The position numbers and the translations under genes are program-made. The notes under the pieces are model-generated. The model saw nothing but the letters and a program-made list of their open reading frames with translations. It had not been told where the DNA came from and did no database searches. DNA of 42,883 bases from Candidatus Krumholzibacteriia bacterium. Its GTDB lineage: Bacteria; Krumholzibacteriota; Krumholzibacteriia; JAJRXK01. The stretch lies in NCBI GenBank assembly GCA_041484665.1, contig JBGPIA010000027.1, positions 1-42,883 on the forward strand, read 5' to 3'. Positions 27,847-38,083 of this stretch are shown here, piece after piece (position 1 is the stretch's first letter; every line of letters starts with the position of its first letter).

Positions 27847-29049
27847 CTACTGCGCCGCCGCCCCGCGGGCGCGCTCGCGGGCGCGGGCCAACGCCGAGGG
27901 CACGGCCTCCAGGACGCGCCCTACCTGGCCGTCGGTCATGGCGGGGTAGATCGGCAGGCTCACCTCCTCCTCGAACAGGCGGGTGGCGATGGGGAAGTCC
28001 TCTGGGCAGAGGCCATAGGTCGTGCGGTAGTACGGGTGCAGGTGGAGCGGGATGAAGTGGACGCTGGTGCCGATGCCGGCGGCGGCCAGCTCCTCGATGA
28101 AGGCGTCGCGCACGGCGCGCCCGCCCTCCACGCGCAGCGCGAACAGGTGCCAGGCGTGCTGATCGCCGGGCACCGCGGCGGGCGGCAGGAAAATGTCCTC
28201 GAGCGCACTCAATCCGTCCAGATACATCGCAGCGATGGCGGCGCGCCGCGACCGGAAGGCCTCCACGCGGCGCAGCTGGCTCAGGCCCAGGGCGGCTGCG
28301 ATGTCGCCCAGGTTGTACTTGAATCCGGGCGCCACCACCTCGTAGTACCACTGCGCTCCCATCGTCCGGTAGCGGTCGAAGACGTCGCGGCTAATGCCGT
28401 GCGTGCGCATGGTGCGCATGCGCTCGGCCAGCGCCGGGTCACGCGTGACCGCCATGCCGCCTTCCCCCGTGCAAAGCGTCTTGGTGGCGTAGAAGCTGAA
28501 CGCCGTCACATTTCCATAGCATCCGATCAAACGCTGGCGCCGCCGCGCCGGCAGCGCGTGCGCCGCGTCGTCGATCAGCCGCCAACCATACCCGGCGGCC
28601 AGCTCCTCGAGCTCGTCCATGGCGCACGGCAATCCCGCGAAGTGGACGGGCAGGACCACGCGAACGCGCTCTCGGTCGCGCGCGGGCAGCGCTTCGTACG
28701 CGGCGGCGAGTGACGCGCGGGTCACGTTGAACGTACGCGCGTCGACGTCGGCGAAGACCGGATCGGCGCCGAAGTAGCGCACGACCTCGGCAGTGGCCGT
28801 AAACGTATACGGAGTGGTGAGGACCTTGTCACCTGCCCGCAGTCCGACCGCCTCCAGGGCAAGGTGCAGCGCGGCGGTGGCGGAGTTGACCGCCAGGCAG
28901 TGGACGCCACCGCCCAGAAACTCCCCGAAGGCCTGCTCGAAGGCTGTGCAGCGCGGGCCGGTGGTGAGCCATCGGTCGCGCAGGACCTCCAGTACGCCCG
29001 GGATGTCGCTCTCGTCGATGGAGGGGACGTGGAAGGGGATGGGATCCAT
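27847..29049 (-). CDS. DegT-family sugar C4-aminotransferase (WbgX/WcfR-like)
   Basis: WLTTGP, AVNSATAALHLAL, YTFTATAEVVRY, VHFAG, DAAHA, SFYATK.LCTGEGGM, HGISRDVFDRY, WYYEVVAPGFKYN, SVHFIPLH. Confidence 0.9.
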   Translation of the reverse strand: MDPIPFHVPSIDESDIPGVLEVLRDRWLTTGPRCTAFEQAFGEFLGGGVHCLAVNSATAALHLALEAVGLRAGDKVLTTPYTFTATAEVVRYFGADPVFADVDARTFNVTRASLAAAYEALPARDRERVRVVLPVHFAGLPCAMDELEELAAGYGWRLIDDAAHALPARRRQRLIGCYGNVTAFSFYATKTLCTGEGGMAVTRDPALAERMRTMRTHGISRDVFDRYRTMGAQWYYEVVAPGFKYNLGDIAAALGLSQLRRVEAFRSRRAAIAAMYLDGLSALEDIFLPPAAVPGDQHAWHLFALRVEGGRAVRDAFIEELAAAGIGTSVHFIPLHLHPYYRTTYGLCPEDFPIATRLFEEEVSLPIYPAMTDGQVGRVLEAVPSALARARERARGAAAQ

Positions 29050-29132
29050 GTTGGCCTGCGGCTTGGCGCGCGGGGGAGTCTGCGCCACGGCGGGATGGCG
29101 GGCGCGACCGTACGCCTCGCTGCCCGGGAGTG

Positions 29133-30437
29133 TCAACCTGGCGGGCCAGGCTGCATGGACTGGACCGGGGCGGGCGCGCCGGCGGCGGGGGGTCGCGTGA
29201 CGTGGAGGAAGGCGGCGAAGAGAGCCGCACTGTAGAGCGCATAGGAGAGCGACGTGGCCATGGAGACCGCGCGGATCCCTCCACCCAGGGCGACCGCGAG
29301 GCGCACCAGTGAGACGTGCAGTGCGAGGGCGGCGAGGCTGATTCCCAGGTGCAGGCGCTGCCGGCGCACGGCCTGCAGGAAATTGCTCACCGGCAGGCTG
29401 CAGGAGTGCAGCGCCACGCCGGGCAGGATCCACAGCGCGGCGGGGATCCCCGCTGCGAAGCGGGGCAGCAACATCCGCGTGAGGTGCGGGAGGAGCACAC
29501 CCAGAAGCGCCGCGGCCGCGCTGGCCAGCACCAGCACGGTGCCCGTGCGGCGGAGCACCTGCGGGCGCAGGGCGACCGCGTCGCCGCTCTGGCCGCACGC
29601 CCGCAGCATTCGTGGATAGGACGTCTGGGCCACGGCTCCGGGCAACAGCAGGACCACCGTGAGGAGCACGGCGGCGAGCGAATACTGGCCCAAGGCGTCG
29701 GTGCCCAGGAGCGTCGCCACCAGCACGCGGTCGATGCTGACCTGCACCGAGACGACGAACCCCACACCCAGGAGCGGGAGTCCATCGCTGAGCAGCAGGC
29801 GCGCGTCGTCGCGATCCCAGCGTGGCGCGGGGCGCAATCGCGAGACGCTCCAGGCCGCGGCGAGCGCGAGGACGGCGATGGCGACTTGACGCAGATAGGC
29901 GCCGGGCAGCCCGAGCCGCGCCACCAACGCCAGCATCGCCAGATACAGCAACGCTCGCGCCAGGTTGATCAGCCCGACGGCGCCCAAGCGCGACTGCGTC
30001 TTGAGCAGTGTGGTGGCGAACGCCGCCCAGACCTCCAGCGGCGTCGCCAGCACGAAGGCCACGACTCCCAGCCGCTGGGCGGGGTAGACGAGCAGGCCGA
30101 TGGCTCCGCCGACCAGCAGCCACGCGCCGCTGAGCAGCGCCAGCAACCACGCCGCCGACCGGGCGTACTGCGCCGCGCGCTCCGACCTGGCCTGCCCCGC
30201 CAGCAGTGGGAGCTAGCGGTGGACGGAGTCGACGACGCCCAGGTGGTAGTTGCATCCGTAGGTGAGCAGTAGCTGAAGGGCGAGCCACACGCCGAAGCGC
30301 TGGGGGCCCAGGATCCGAGCCAGGGCGATGCCCTGGACGAAGTTCAGCGCCGTGGCCGCGTAGGAGGTCGCGGCGAAACCGACCGCCTGGCCCACGTGGA
30401 GGTTCAGCGCGCTGCCGCGGTCAGGTCGAGACAGCAT
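29133..30437 (-). pseudogene. Wzx-type oligosaccharide flippase interrupted by an in-frame TAG at 30213-30215
   Basis: ORFs 30213..30722 and 29133..30146 share one frame. ARILGPQRFGVW...LGVVDSVHR*LPLLAG continues into the TM series with IDRVLVATLLG..ALGQYSLA and SYPRM. Start is ATG 30437 (GGAG RBS) or 30509. Confidence 0.8.
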
Positions 30438-30517
30438 GATCTCCTGGGTTGCGCCCGTGCGCGAGCGCGTACGGTCACTGCGGCCCCAGCCCTTGGCCCA
30501 GGCCGTCATAACGCGCC

Positions 30518-30547
30518 ACTCTACACGCCGTTGCGCCGCGGCTTCAA
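30518..30547 (-). promoter_or_regulatory. Putative sigma70-type promoter for the leftward sugar operon
   Basis: Minus-strand TTGAAG-18 nt-TAGAGT, 8 nt upstream of the in-frame ATG at 30509. Confidence 0.35.
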
Positions 30548-30672
30548 GCGTGCGGCCGGCTGCACGCCGCCCGCCCGTGGCCCGGGCCGCGGGGTGACCG
30601 CGTGCGTGGATCTGGGATTCAGTCCGCGGCGGCGGTGCCGATCCCCTGGCGGCGCCGCGCGCGCGGCGCGCG

Positions 30673-30689
30673 CTGGCGCGGGAGTTGCG
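30673..30689 (+). promoter_or_regulatory. Putative sigma54 (-24/-12) promoter
   Basis: CTGGCGCGGGAGTTGCG has GG-N10-GC spacing with TGGC and TTGC, about 33 nt upstream of ATG 30722. Confidence 0.5.
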
Positions 30690-30721
30690 TTCAGCCCAGC
30701 GGCTCCGTGGAGTTGTGCCCA

Positions 30722-32770
30722 ATGGGAGATGACGTGGCGAGGCAGGTGTGGGGGACGGTGCTTCCCGCTCGGTGGCGCGAGTGTATCCGTGATTTTCGCC
30801 TGATCCTGTGGCCGCTGCTGGGTGTCATGAGCGCCACCGCGTACGCTGGCGCCTTCGTGCTCCGGCATGGATTGCCGGCACAGGGCTGGCTGCCTGGCTT
30901 CCGGCACACCCTGCCGTGGGCGGTCGGCCTCGAGCTGGGCGCCTTCGCGCTGCTTGGACTGCACCGCGCGCTGTGGCGCTACGCGGGCATGCGCGACCTG
31001 CTCAAAGGCGCCTCCGCCGTCGCATTGGGATCGTTGCTGCTGGCTGGATACTGCGCGGCCACCCGCCAGCTTGGCGAAGCCCAGGCTGCGGTGATCGTCA
31101 TCGATTTCCTGCTCTCCTTGGTAGCGCTCTGGTCGGGCCGGGCGAGCCTGCGGCTGGTGCGCGAGCTGCGGCGTGGCACCGGCGGCGCGCAACATCGCCG
31201 ACTGGTCGTGGTCGGGGCGGGCGACGCCGGCGAGATGGCCGTGCGTGAGCTCCACCGCAATCCGGACGCGCCGTGGCGCGCGGTTGCGTTTGTCGACGAC
31301 GACCTGCGCAAGCGCGGGCGCCGCATTCACGGCATCCCCGTCCGGGGCACCCTCGACGACCTACCGGCCGTAGTCCAACGGACCCAAGCCGACGCGGTGC
31401 TGGTGGCCATCTGCAGCGCCCGCGAGCACGAGCTGATCGCGATCCTCGAGAAGGCGCGGGCCACCGGACTGCCGGTGAAGCACGTGCCGAGCCTGCGCGA
31501 TCTGATCAGCGGGCGGGCGCCCATCCACCAGCTCCAGGACGTCACGGCCAAGGACCTGCTGCGGCGGAAGGCCGTGCGTCTCGACCTGACGCCCGTGCGC
31601 CGCCAGCTGGGCGGCAAGACCGTACTGGTCACCGGCGCCGCGGGCTCCATTGGCAGCGAGCTCTGCCGCCAGATCCAGGCCTGCGCGCCGCGCCGCCTCG
31701 TCCTGCTCGATCGGAGCGAAACGGGGTTGTTCGAGCTGGAGCACGAGCTGGCCGTGGCCGGGACGCGGGTCCCGTGCGTCCCGCTGCTGGCCAGCGTGCA
31801 GGACGAAGGCAAGCTGGCGGAGGTCTTCCGCGTCCATCGGCCCCAGGTCGTCTTCCACGCGGCGGCCTACAAGCACGTGCCGGTGCTCGAGTACTTCCCT
31901 GAGGAGGCGGTGCGCAACAACGTGCTGGGCACGCAGCTGGTGGCCGCGCTGGCCCGGCGCTTCGGTGTGGAGAGCTTTGTGTTCATCTCGACGGACAAGG
32001 CGGTCCATCCCACGAGCGTGATGGGCGCGAGCAAGCGCATCGCCGAGCTGGTGGTGGCCGACCTCGCCGCGGGCTCCTCCACGCGCTTCAGCACCATCCG
32101 TTTCGGCAACGTGCTGGGCAGCAATGGCAGCGTCGTCCAGCTGTTCCAGCGCCAGATCGCCCGCGGAGGGCCGGTGACCGTGACCCATCCCGACGTGCGC
32201 CGCTACTTCATGAGCATCCCGGAAGCCGTCGAGCTCGTGCTCTCGGCGGCAGCGATCCAGGACGACGACGGGGGGACGTTCATCCTGGAGATGGGCGAGC
32301 AGGTGCGGATCGTGGATCTGGCGTGTCATCTGATCCGCTTGTGCGGGATGCGGCCCTACGCGGACATCCCCATCGTCTTCACCGGCCTGCGCCCCGGCGA
32401 GAAGCTCTATGAAGAGCTCTGGACCGATCAGGAAAGCCCCGTGCCGACCGCCCGTCCTGGCATCCTGCGCTCGGCGCGCGCAGGGCCTCTGCCCGCGGCG
32501 TTGCGTCAGAGGATCGACGAGCTCGTGGCGTGCGCGCAGCGCCTGGACCGCCACGGCGTGATGGAGCTCGTGCGCCAGCTGGTCCCCGAGTACGACGGCG
32601 AGCCGGTGGGGACGGGCTTTGCCCAACGGGCTGCCGCCGAAGGCGCGCGCGCAGAGGCAGGCCGCACCCGCACCGTCTCGCCAAAGCCCGTGCTCGCGGC
32701 GGCGACCACAGCACCCGTGACGGACCCACTTGTGACCCATCCGCCCGAGTTGGCCGAAGTCTCCGTGTAG
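30722..32770 (+). CDS. Membrane-bound UDP-GlcNAc 4,6-dehydratase (CapD/PglF/WbpM/WbgZ family)
   Basis: N-terminal TMs, GAGDAG, VTGAAGSIGSELCRQ, FHAAAYKHVP, ISTDKAVHPTSVMGASKR, RFGNVLGSNGSV, GLRPGEKLYEEL. Start uncertain (30722 or 30734). Confidence 0.93.
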   Translation: MGDDVARQVWGTVLPARWRECIRDFRLILWPLLGVMSATAYAGAFVLRHGLPAQGWLPGFRHTLPWAVGLELGAFALLGLHRALWRYAGMRDLLKGASAVALGSLLLAGYCAATRQLGEAQAAVIVIDFLLSLVALWSGRASLRLVRELRRGTGGAQHRRLVVVGAGDAGEMAVRELHRNPDAPWRAVAFVDDDLRKRGRRIHGIPVRGTLDDLPAVVQRTQADAVLVAICSAREHELIAILEKARATGLPVKHVPSLRDLISGRAPIHQLQDVTAKDLLRRKAVRLDLTPVRRQLGGKTVLVTGAAGSIGSELCRQIQACAPRRLVLLDRSETGLFELEHELAVAGTRVPCVPLLASVQDEGKLAEVFRVHRPQVVFHAAAYKHVPVLEYFPEEAVRNNVLGTQLVAALARRFGVESFVFISTDKAVHPTSVMGASKRIAELVVADLAAGSSTRFSTIRFGNVLGSNGSVVQLFQRQIARGGPVTVTHPDVRRYFMSIPEAVELVLSAAAIQDDDGGTFILEMGEQVRIVDLACHLIRLCGMRPYADIPIVFTGLRPGEKLYEELWTDQESPVPTARPGILRSARAGPLPAALRQRIDELVACAQRLDRHGVMELVRQLVPEYDGEPVGTGFAQRAAAEGARAEAGRTRTVSPKPVLAAATTAPVTDPLVTHPPELAEVSV

Positions 32771-32775
32771 CGCGA

Positions 32776-32926
32776 TAGTACGCGTCGTTGCGGCACCAAT
32801 GCACGCGTACGGTGTCCATCACCGGCTTGCCGAACCGGCCAGCCAGCAGGGCGGCGCGCAGCGCCTGGATCGGGCGGTTGTAGCGGTTCTGCTTCACGAC
32901 GAACAGTTTGCCCCCCGCCTCGTCGC
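32776..32926 (-). pseudogene. Isolated internal fragment of a second wbpB-like gene
   Basis: Ungapped 151-bp match to 26683-26833 with about 19 mismatches counted by eye. Encodes DEAGGKLFVVKQNRYNRPIQALRAALLAGRFGKPVMDTVRVHWCRNDAYY; no homologous start or end. Confidence 0.88.
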
Positions 32927-33175
32927 CGGCGGGAAGCCGCACGGCCAGCCCGCGCGATGCGGCGACCGAGCGTCCCGAACTCGCGCAAGTCTCAGCGTGT
33001 CTCGCAAAGAGAGCGCAATCGGTCGAACCGGGCGCGAGTTCGAACCGTTGGCCCGCCGGCGTTTCGCGACCGCCCGCCACGCGCGCCGCGCCGACCAGAC
33101 CCAAGAGGGGCCGGGCGCGGTCGGGGAAGCACTTTGCGGTACTCCCACGGGCGTCTTCAGTGGAGCGGCATTCGG

Positions 33176-34192
33176 TTAGGTTGTTCTCGTGTCGCCCTTC
33201 TCCGCGGCGAGATAGCCCCGATACCATTCGATCGTGTGGCGAAGCGCGTCGTCCATCGAGTAGTGGGGTGTCCAACCGAGTGTCTGACGCGCTTTTTCGG
33301 TGCTCAGATACTGCTCCCGGATCTCCCTCATTGTCTCGTTTCGGACATCCGGAGAGAGAGTCGAACCCAGCAACCTGGCGACGCGCTCCACGAGCTCGAG
33401 CACCGTCAAGCGTACCTCGTAGGAGAAATTGAAAGCCTCGCCGGCGAGCCGCCGATCGTCGGCCAGCTTATGCGCCAGGAGCATGTGCGCGGCTGCGCCG
33501 TCGTCCGCGTACAGGTAGTCCCTCACATAGCGGCCATCCGATCTGACCAGAGGGGGCTCAGGCTTGAGCAACGACCGGATGGTCCCGGGGATGATCCGGT
33601 TCCAATTGAGGTCGCCGCCTCCGAAGAAGTTCCCGCACCGTGTCACAGCTACCGGCAGGTCATACGAGAGGGCGTACGCGGTGGCGATCATGTCCGCACA
33701 GGCCTTGCTCGCTTCATAGGGATGGTGCCCGAGCAAGGCCATCCCCTCGCGATAGGGCAGCGTGGCCTGTTCGCCGTAGGCCTTGTCGGAGGAGGCGACG
33801 ACGATCTGGCGCACGCTCGGCGCATGCCTGCAAGCATCGAGCAGACCCCACGTACCTTGCACGTTTGTCTCGAACGTCGGCACCGGATTCCGATTCGCCT
33901 CTCCGACGATGGCTTGAGCGGCGACGTGGAACACTGTGTCGATCTCGTACTCGCCGAGCGCGCGCGCCACCGCGGCCTGATCCCGGATGTCCGCCCTCAC
34001 CACCTTCACCCTCTGCAGGAGCTCTGTGGCGCAGACCAGCGCGCGAGGCGGCCAGGTTCGCGCGAAGCAGACAACGTCCGCATCTGCCATGAGCAGTCGC
34101 CGTACGAGCCAGCTCCCCAGCAGACCAGTGCCACCCGTCACAAGGACCGAACGTTGCCGCCAGAAACCTGCCTCGGCGCGCTCTGCTTGCAT
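33176..34192 (-). CDS. NDP-sugar 4,6-dehydratase/epimerase (RfbG-like paralog, extended SDR)
   Basis: [66 protein letters not shown]. Confidence 0.88.
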   Translation of the reverse strand: MQAERAEAGFWRQRSVLVTGGTGLLGSWLVRRLLMADADVVCFARTWPPRALVCATELLQRVKVVRADIRDQAAVARALGEYEIDTVFHVAAQAIVGEANRNPVPTFETNVQGTWGLLDACRHAPSVRQIVVASSDKAYGEQATLPYREGMALLGHHPYEASKACADMIATAYALSYDLPVAVTRCGNFFGGGDLNWNRIIPGTIRSLLKPEPPLVRSDGRYVRDYLYADDGAAAHMLLAHKLADDRRLAGEAFNFSYEVRLTVLELVERVARLLGSTLSPDVRNETMREIREQYLSTEKARQTLGWTPHYSMDDALRHTIEWYRGYLAAEKGDTRTT

Positions 34193-34704
34193 GGATGTCG
34201 CCAGCCCTTCGTCCCTTGGACACGGTGCTTGCGCGGTGCCACAGACCACGAGGGTTCGGGCTGTCGCGCCGAACTCCCGGCCCTGTCGTGGCCGACGACC
34301 TTGCAGACGAGCCAGTTGACGCGTGCGCGTCGACGGCGCTGACGAACCCGCCGGCGCCACCGCCCAGGGCGAGCCAAGAAACGCCCCGCCGCCACGCGGA
34401 ATGCGCGGCCAATGTTCGGCGGTGGAAGAAGAAGCTCAGCGCGCAGGCCGGTCTGGCCACCACGCGCGGAGGGCGGTTCCAGACGCGCCGTCTGGGTATA
34501 GTGCGCGCAGGCGTGCCCCACAGCAAGGCTGCAGTGAGTGGATGCGAGTCCGACGCGCACGGACCAGACGAGGTCGCGCAGGCTCGCGCTACGGATTCTC
34601 CAGCAGCGGCTGGAAGTTCTCGACTGCGTCCCGCGCCGCGGGCGCTCGCGCCGTGCTCCGGCCGATGCGAAGCGTCGGCTTCTCATCGCGTGGCCAGGTT
34701 CGCC

Positions 34705-34734
34705 TTGTGGAACCCGGCTGGCCCGGACTAGGAT
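34705..34734 (+). promoter_or_regulatory. Putative sigma70-type promoter for the rfbF operon
   Basis: TTGTGG-18 nt-TAGGAT, 40 nt upstream of the rfbF ATG. Confidence 0.3.
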
Positions 34735-34774
34735 ATTCGAAGGCAGGTCACCTCCGTGGCCATAGGGAGCGCGC

Positions 34775-35545
34775 ATGAAGGTCGTCATTCTTGCCGGCGG
34801 CGCCGGCACCCGGCTGAGCGAGGAGACTTCGGTGCGTCCCAAGCCGATGGTGGAGATCGGCGGCAAGCCCATGCTGTGGCACATCATGAAGATCTACGCC
34901 CACCACGGGTACACCGACTTCGTTATCTGCCTCGGTTTCAAGGGCTACGTGATCAAGGAGTATTTCTCGAATTACTTCCTCCACATGAGCGACGTGACGA
35001 TCGACCTGACCAACAACCGCGTGAACGTGCACCATCGCCACGCTGAGCCCTGGAGCGTGACCCTGGTGGACACCGGTGTGGACTCGATGACCGGCGGGCG
35101 GGTGAAGCGGATCGCTCCCTACATCGGCAACGAGCGCTTCATGCTCACGTACGGCGACGGTGTCGCCGACGTGGACATCTCGGCGCTGGTCCGTTTCCAC
35201 TGTGGCCATGGCAAGCTGGCGACGGTCACCTCCACGCAGCCCGGAGGTCGCTTCGGTGCCCTTTCGGTGGGCGAAGGGGACCGCGTCGTTTCCTTCCAGG
35301 AGAAGCCGGCCGGGGACGGATCGTGGATCAACGGCGGCTTCTTCGTGCTGGAGCCGCAGGTCTTCGCGCGCATCGCCTCGGATGCCACGATCTTCGAGCG
35401 TGGGCCGCTCGAGCAGTTGGCCCGGGACGGCGAGCTCATGGCATACCGGCATGCCGGCTTCTTCCAGCCCATGGACACGCTGCGCGACAAGCTCCACCTC
35501 GAAGAGCTCTGGCGCAGCGGCCAGGCACCCTGGAAGGTATGGTAG
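34775..35545 (+). CDS. rfbF: Glucose-1-phosphate cytidylyltransferase
   Basis: [59 protein letters not shown]. Confidence 0.96.
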   Translation: MKVVILAGGAGTRLSEETSVRPKPMVEIGGKPMLWHIMKIYAHHGYTDFVICLGFKGYVIKEYFSNYFLHMSDVTIDLTNNRVNVHHRHAEPWSVTLVDTGVDSMTGGRVKRIAPYIGNERFMLTYGDGVADVDISALVRFHCGHGKLATVTSTQPGGRFGALSVGEGDRVVSFQEKPAGDGSWINGGFFVLEPQVFARIASDATIFERGPLEQLARDGELMAYRHAGFFQPMDTLRDKLHLEELWRSGQAPWKVW

Positions 35546-35550
35546 GCACC

Positions 35551-36633
35551 ATGCCCGACGCGGCTTTCTGGCGCGGCCGGCGCGTCTTCCTCACGGGGCA
35601 CACCGGCTTCAAGGGCTCCTGGCTCTCCCTCTGGCTGCATACGATGGGGGCGGAGGTCACCGGCTACGCGCTCGATCCTCCCACCAATCCAAGCCTATAC
35701 GTGCTGTGCGGCATCAACCAGCTGGTCGACTCGGTCATCGCCGATGTGCGAGAAGCGCAGCGATTGGCCCAGGAGCTGCGCCGCTGCCGGCCGGAAGTGG
35801 TCTTTCACCTGGCCGCACGGCCGATCGTGCGCGATTCCTACCGCATTCCCGTGGAGACGTACGCGACAAACGTGATGGGCACGGTCCACCTGCTGGAAGC
35901 CGTGCGCACGACCCCAGGCGTGCGCGCCCTGGTGGTCGTGTCGAGCGACAAGTGCTATGCGAACCACGAGTGGGTGTGGGGGTACCGGGAGGACGAGCCT
36001 CTGGGTGGACACGACCCGTACTCCAGTAGCAAGGCCTGTGCAGAGCTCGTGACTGCGGCCTATCGCAGCTCCTACTTTCTTCCCGATGATTACCCCCGGC
36101 ATGGTGTCGCCGTTGCCACGGCGCGCGCCGGCAACGTGTTCGGTGGCGGTGACTGGGCGGCGGACCGTCTCGTGCCCGACTGGGTCCGGGCGAGTCTGCT
36201 GCGCGAGCCAGTGGAGATTCGCAGCCCCTACGCCATCCGACCCTGGCAACATGTGCTCGAGCCGCTGGCGGGATACCTGCTGTTGGCGAAGCGTCTCTGC
36301 GCCGAGGGACCGCGCTTCTGCGGCGCGTGGAACTTCGGGCCTTCGCCGGAGGGGGAGCAGACGGTGGAGTGGTTGGTGGAGCGATTCTGCACGGCATGGG
36401 GCGCGGATGCAGCCTGGAGGGTCGGCGCGGGAGAGCACCCGCATGAGGACACGTTCCTCAAGCTGGACTGCTCGAAGGCGAGGGCGCTGCTTGGCTGGAG
36501 GCCCCGCTGGAGCCTGCTGCAGGCAGTCGAGGCCACCGTGGCCTGGACCCGCACCTACCGAGACCAGGGAGACCTGCGCGCAGTTTGTCTGCAGCAGATC
36601 GACACCTATGCGCGCGGCATGGAGCCCGCTTGA
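35551..36633 (+). CDS. rfbG: CDP-glucose 4,6-dehydratase
   Basis: [61 protein letters not shown]. Confidence 0.95.
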   Translation: MPDAAFWRGRRVFLTGHTGFKGSWLSLWLHTMGAEVTGYALDPPTNPSLYVLCGINQLVDSVIADVREAQRLAQELRRCRPEVVFHLAARPIVRDSYRIPVETYATNVMGTVHLLEAVRTTPGVRALVVVSSDKCYANHEWVWGYREDEPLGGHDPYSSSKACAELVTAAYRSSYFLPDDYPRHGVAVATARAGNVFGGGDWAADRLVPDWVRASLLREPVEIRSPYAIRPWQHVLEPLAGYLLLAKRLCAEGPRFCGAWNFGPSPEGEQTVEWLVERFCTAWGADAAWRVGAGEHPHEDTFLKLDCSKARALLGWRPRWSLLQAVEATVAWTRTYRDQGDLRAVCLQQIDTYARGMEPA

Positions 36634-36662
36634 AGCCCGCTCTTCCCGCGGGGAGGACCAAC

Positions 36663-38024
36663 GTGGACGACACGCAGGATGCGCAGCGGCAGGACCAAGA
36701 GCTCCGTGCGGTGGTGATCGACGCCGCCCGCCGCTACTGGGAATTCAAGCACCGGCGCGCCCCCACGCCGTTCTCCCCCGGCCAGCGGATCCCGTACGCG
36801 GGACGCGTGTTCGACGACCGGGAGCTGGCCTCCCTCATCGACGCCGCTCTCGATTTCTGGCTCACCGCTGGACGCTACGCCGAGCGTTTCGAGCGCGAGC
36901 TGGCGGCGATGCTGGGCGTAGGGCACTGCTCGCTCACCAACTCGGGCTCCTCCGCGAATCTCCTGGCATTCATGGCGCTCACCTCAGCGCGACTGGAGGA
37001 CCGACGGATCCACAAGGGTGACGAGGTGATTACGGTTGCGGCGGGCTTTCCCACGACGGTGGCTCCCATCCTCCAATATGGTGCCGTGCCGGTGTTCATC
37101 GACGTAACGCTGCCCACCTACAACGCCGATTGCTCGCTGCTGGAGCCGGCGCTCAGCGCGCGCACGAAGGCCGTGATGTTGGCGCACACGCTGGGCAACC
37201 CCTTTGACCTGCGTCTCGTGCGCGACTTCTGCCAGCGGCATGCTCTGTGGCTCATCGAGGACAACTGCGACGCCCTGGGGGCGCGGTACGAGCTCGATGG
37301 CGTATGGCGCTCCACCGGCTCGGTGGGCGACGTGGGGACCTCGAGCTTCTATCCGGCCCACCACATGACCATGGGGGAGGGGGGGGCCGTCTACACCAGC
37401 GATGCCACGCTCAACAAGCTCGTGCGCAGCTTCCGCGACTGGGGACGCGATTGCTGGTGCGCAGCGGGAAAGGACAATACCTGCGGCAAGCGCTTTCGTT
37501 GGCAGTTGGGCGAGCTCCCGCCCGGTTATGACCACAAGTACATCTACTCCCACTTCGGCTATAACCTGAAGGTCACCGATCTTCAGGCCGCGGTCGGCTG
37601 CGCGCAACTGGAGAAGGTGCCGGGGTTCGTCGCGGCGCGGCGGCGCAACTGGTCGCTGTTGCGCGACGGGCTCGCGGATCTCGAGGACGCGTTCATCCTG
37701 CCCGAGCCGACACCGGGGTCGGAGCCCTCCTGGTTCGGGTTCCTGCTCACGGTCCGGGAGGAGGCCGGGTTCAGTCGCGACGATCTCGTCGCGCATCTGG
37801 AGTCGCACGGTATCCAGACCCGCATGCTATTCGCCGGAAACCTGCTCCGACATCCCTGCTTCGACGAGCTGCGGGAGAGTGGTACGGCCTACCGCGTGAT
37901 CGGGGAGCTCGCGACCACCGACCGCATCATGCGGGATACGCTCTGGATCGGGGTATACCCCGGGATGAACGACTCCATGCTCGCCCACACGGTGGACGTC
38001 ATCCGCGGCTTCGTACGGAAGTGA
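36663..38024 (+). CDS. rfbH: CDP-4-keto-6-deoxyglucose 3-dehydrase (E1, DdhC)
   Basis: [37 protein letters not shown] (His in place of the PLP Lys), GRDCWC...DNTC, YDHKY. GTG start after GGGAGG. Confidence 0.94.
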   Translation: MDDTQDAQRQDQELRAVVIDAARRYWEFKHRRAPTPFSPGQRIPYAGRVFDDRELASLIDAALDFWLTAGRYAERFERELAAMLGVGHCSLTNSGSSANLLAFMALTSARLEDRRIHKGDEVITVAAGFPTTVAPILQYGAVPVFIDVTLPTYNADCSLLEPALSARTKAVMLAHTLGNPFDLRLVRDFCQRHALWLIEDNCDALGARYELDGVWRSTGSVGDVGTSSFYPAHHMTMGEGGAVYTSDATLNKLVRSFRDWGRDCWCAAGKDNTCGKRFRWQLGELPPGYDHKYIYSHFGYNLKVTDLQAAVGCAQLEKVPGFVAARRRNWSLLRDGLADLEDAFILPEPTPGSEPSWFGFLLTVREEAGFSRDDLVAHLESHGIQTRMLFAGNLLRHPCFDELRESGTAYRVIGELATTDRIMRDTLWIGVYPGMNDSMLAHTVDVIRGFVRK

Positions 38025-38083
38025 TGACCGGCACCGGGCAGCGCCCCGGCGGGGGGCATCATCGTGCCGGCAGAGGGTGAACC

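Noticed and set aside
30213..30215. Genome-wide TAG reassignment
   Set aside because: Several conserved genes (asnB, rfbF, ParA, pgeF) end at TAG at their expected C-termini.
33015..33060. GGTTCGAA-like motifs suggesting a tRNA T-loop or attachment site
   Set aside because: No cloverleaf, acceptor stem or CCA could be built, and no integrase is present.
32379..33275. 298-aa minus-strand ORF as a real gene
   Set aside because: Only about 50 aa are meaningful (the wbpB relic); the rest is antisense to the CapD-like gene or non-coding-like.
34195..34770. Short ORFs in the gap between the dehydratase paralog and rfbF
   Set aside because: No recognisable motifs or convincing RBS; treated as a divergent promoter region, possibly with decayed sequence.
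35809..35832. rfbG LAARPIVR instead of the usual LAAQPLVR
   Set aside because: A single substitution with catalytic motifs intact; significance cannot be judged without an alignment.
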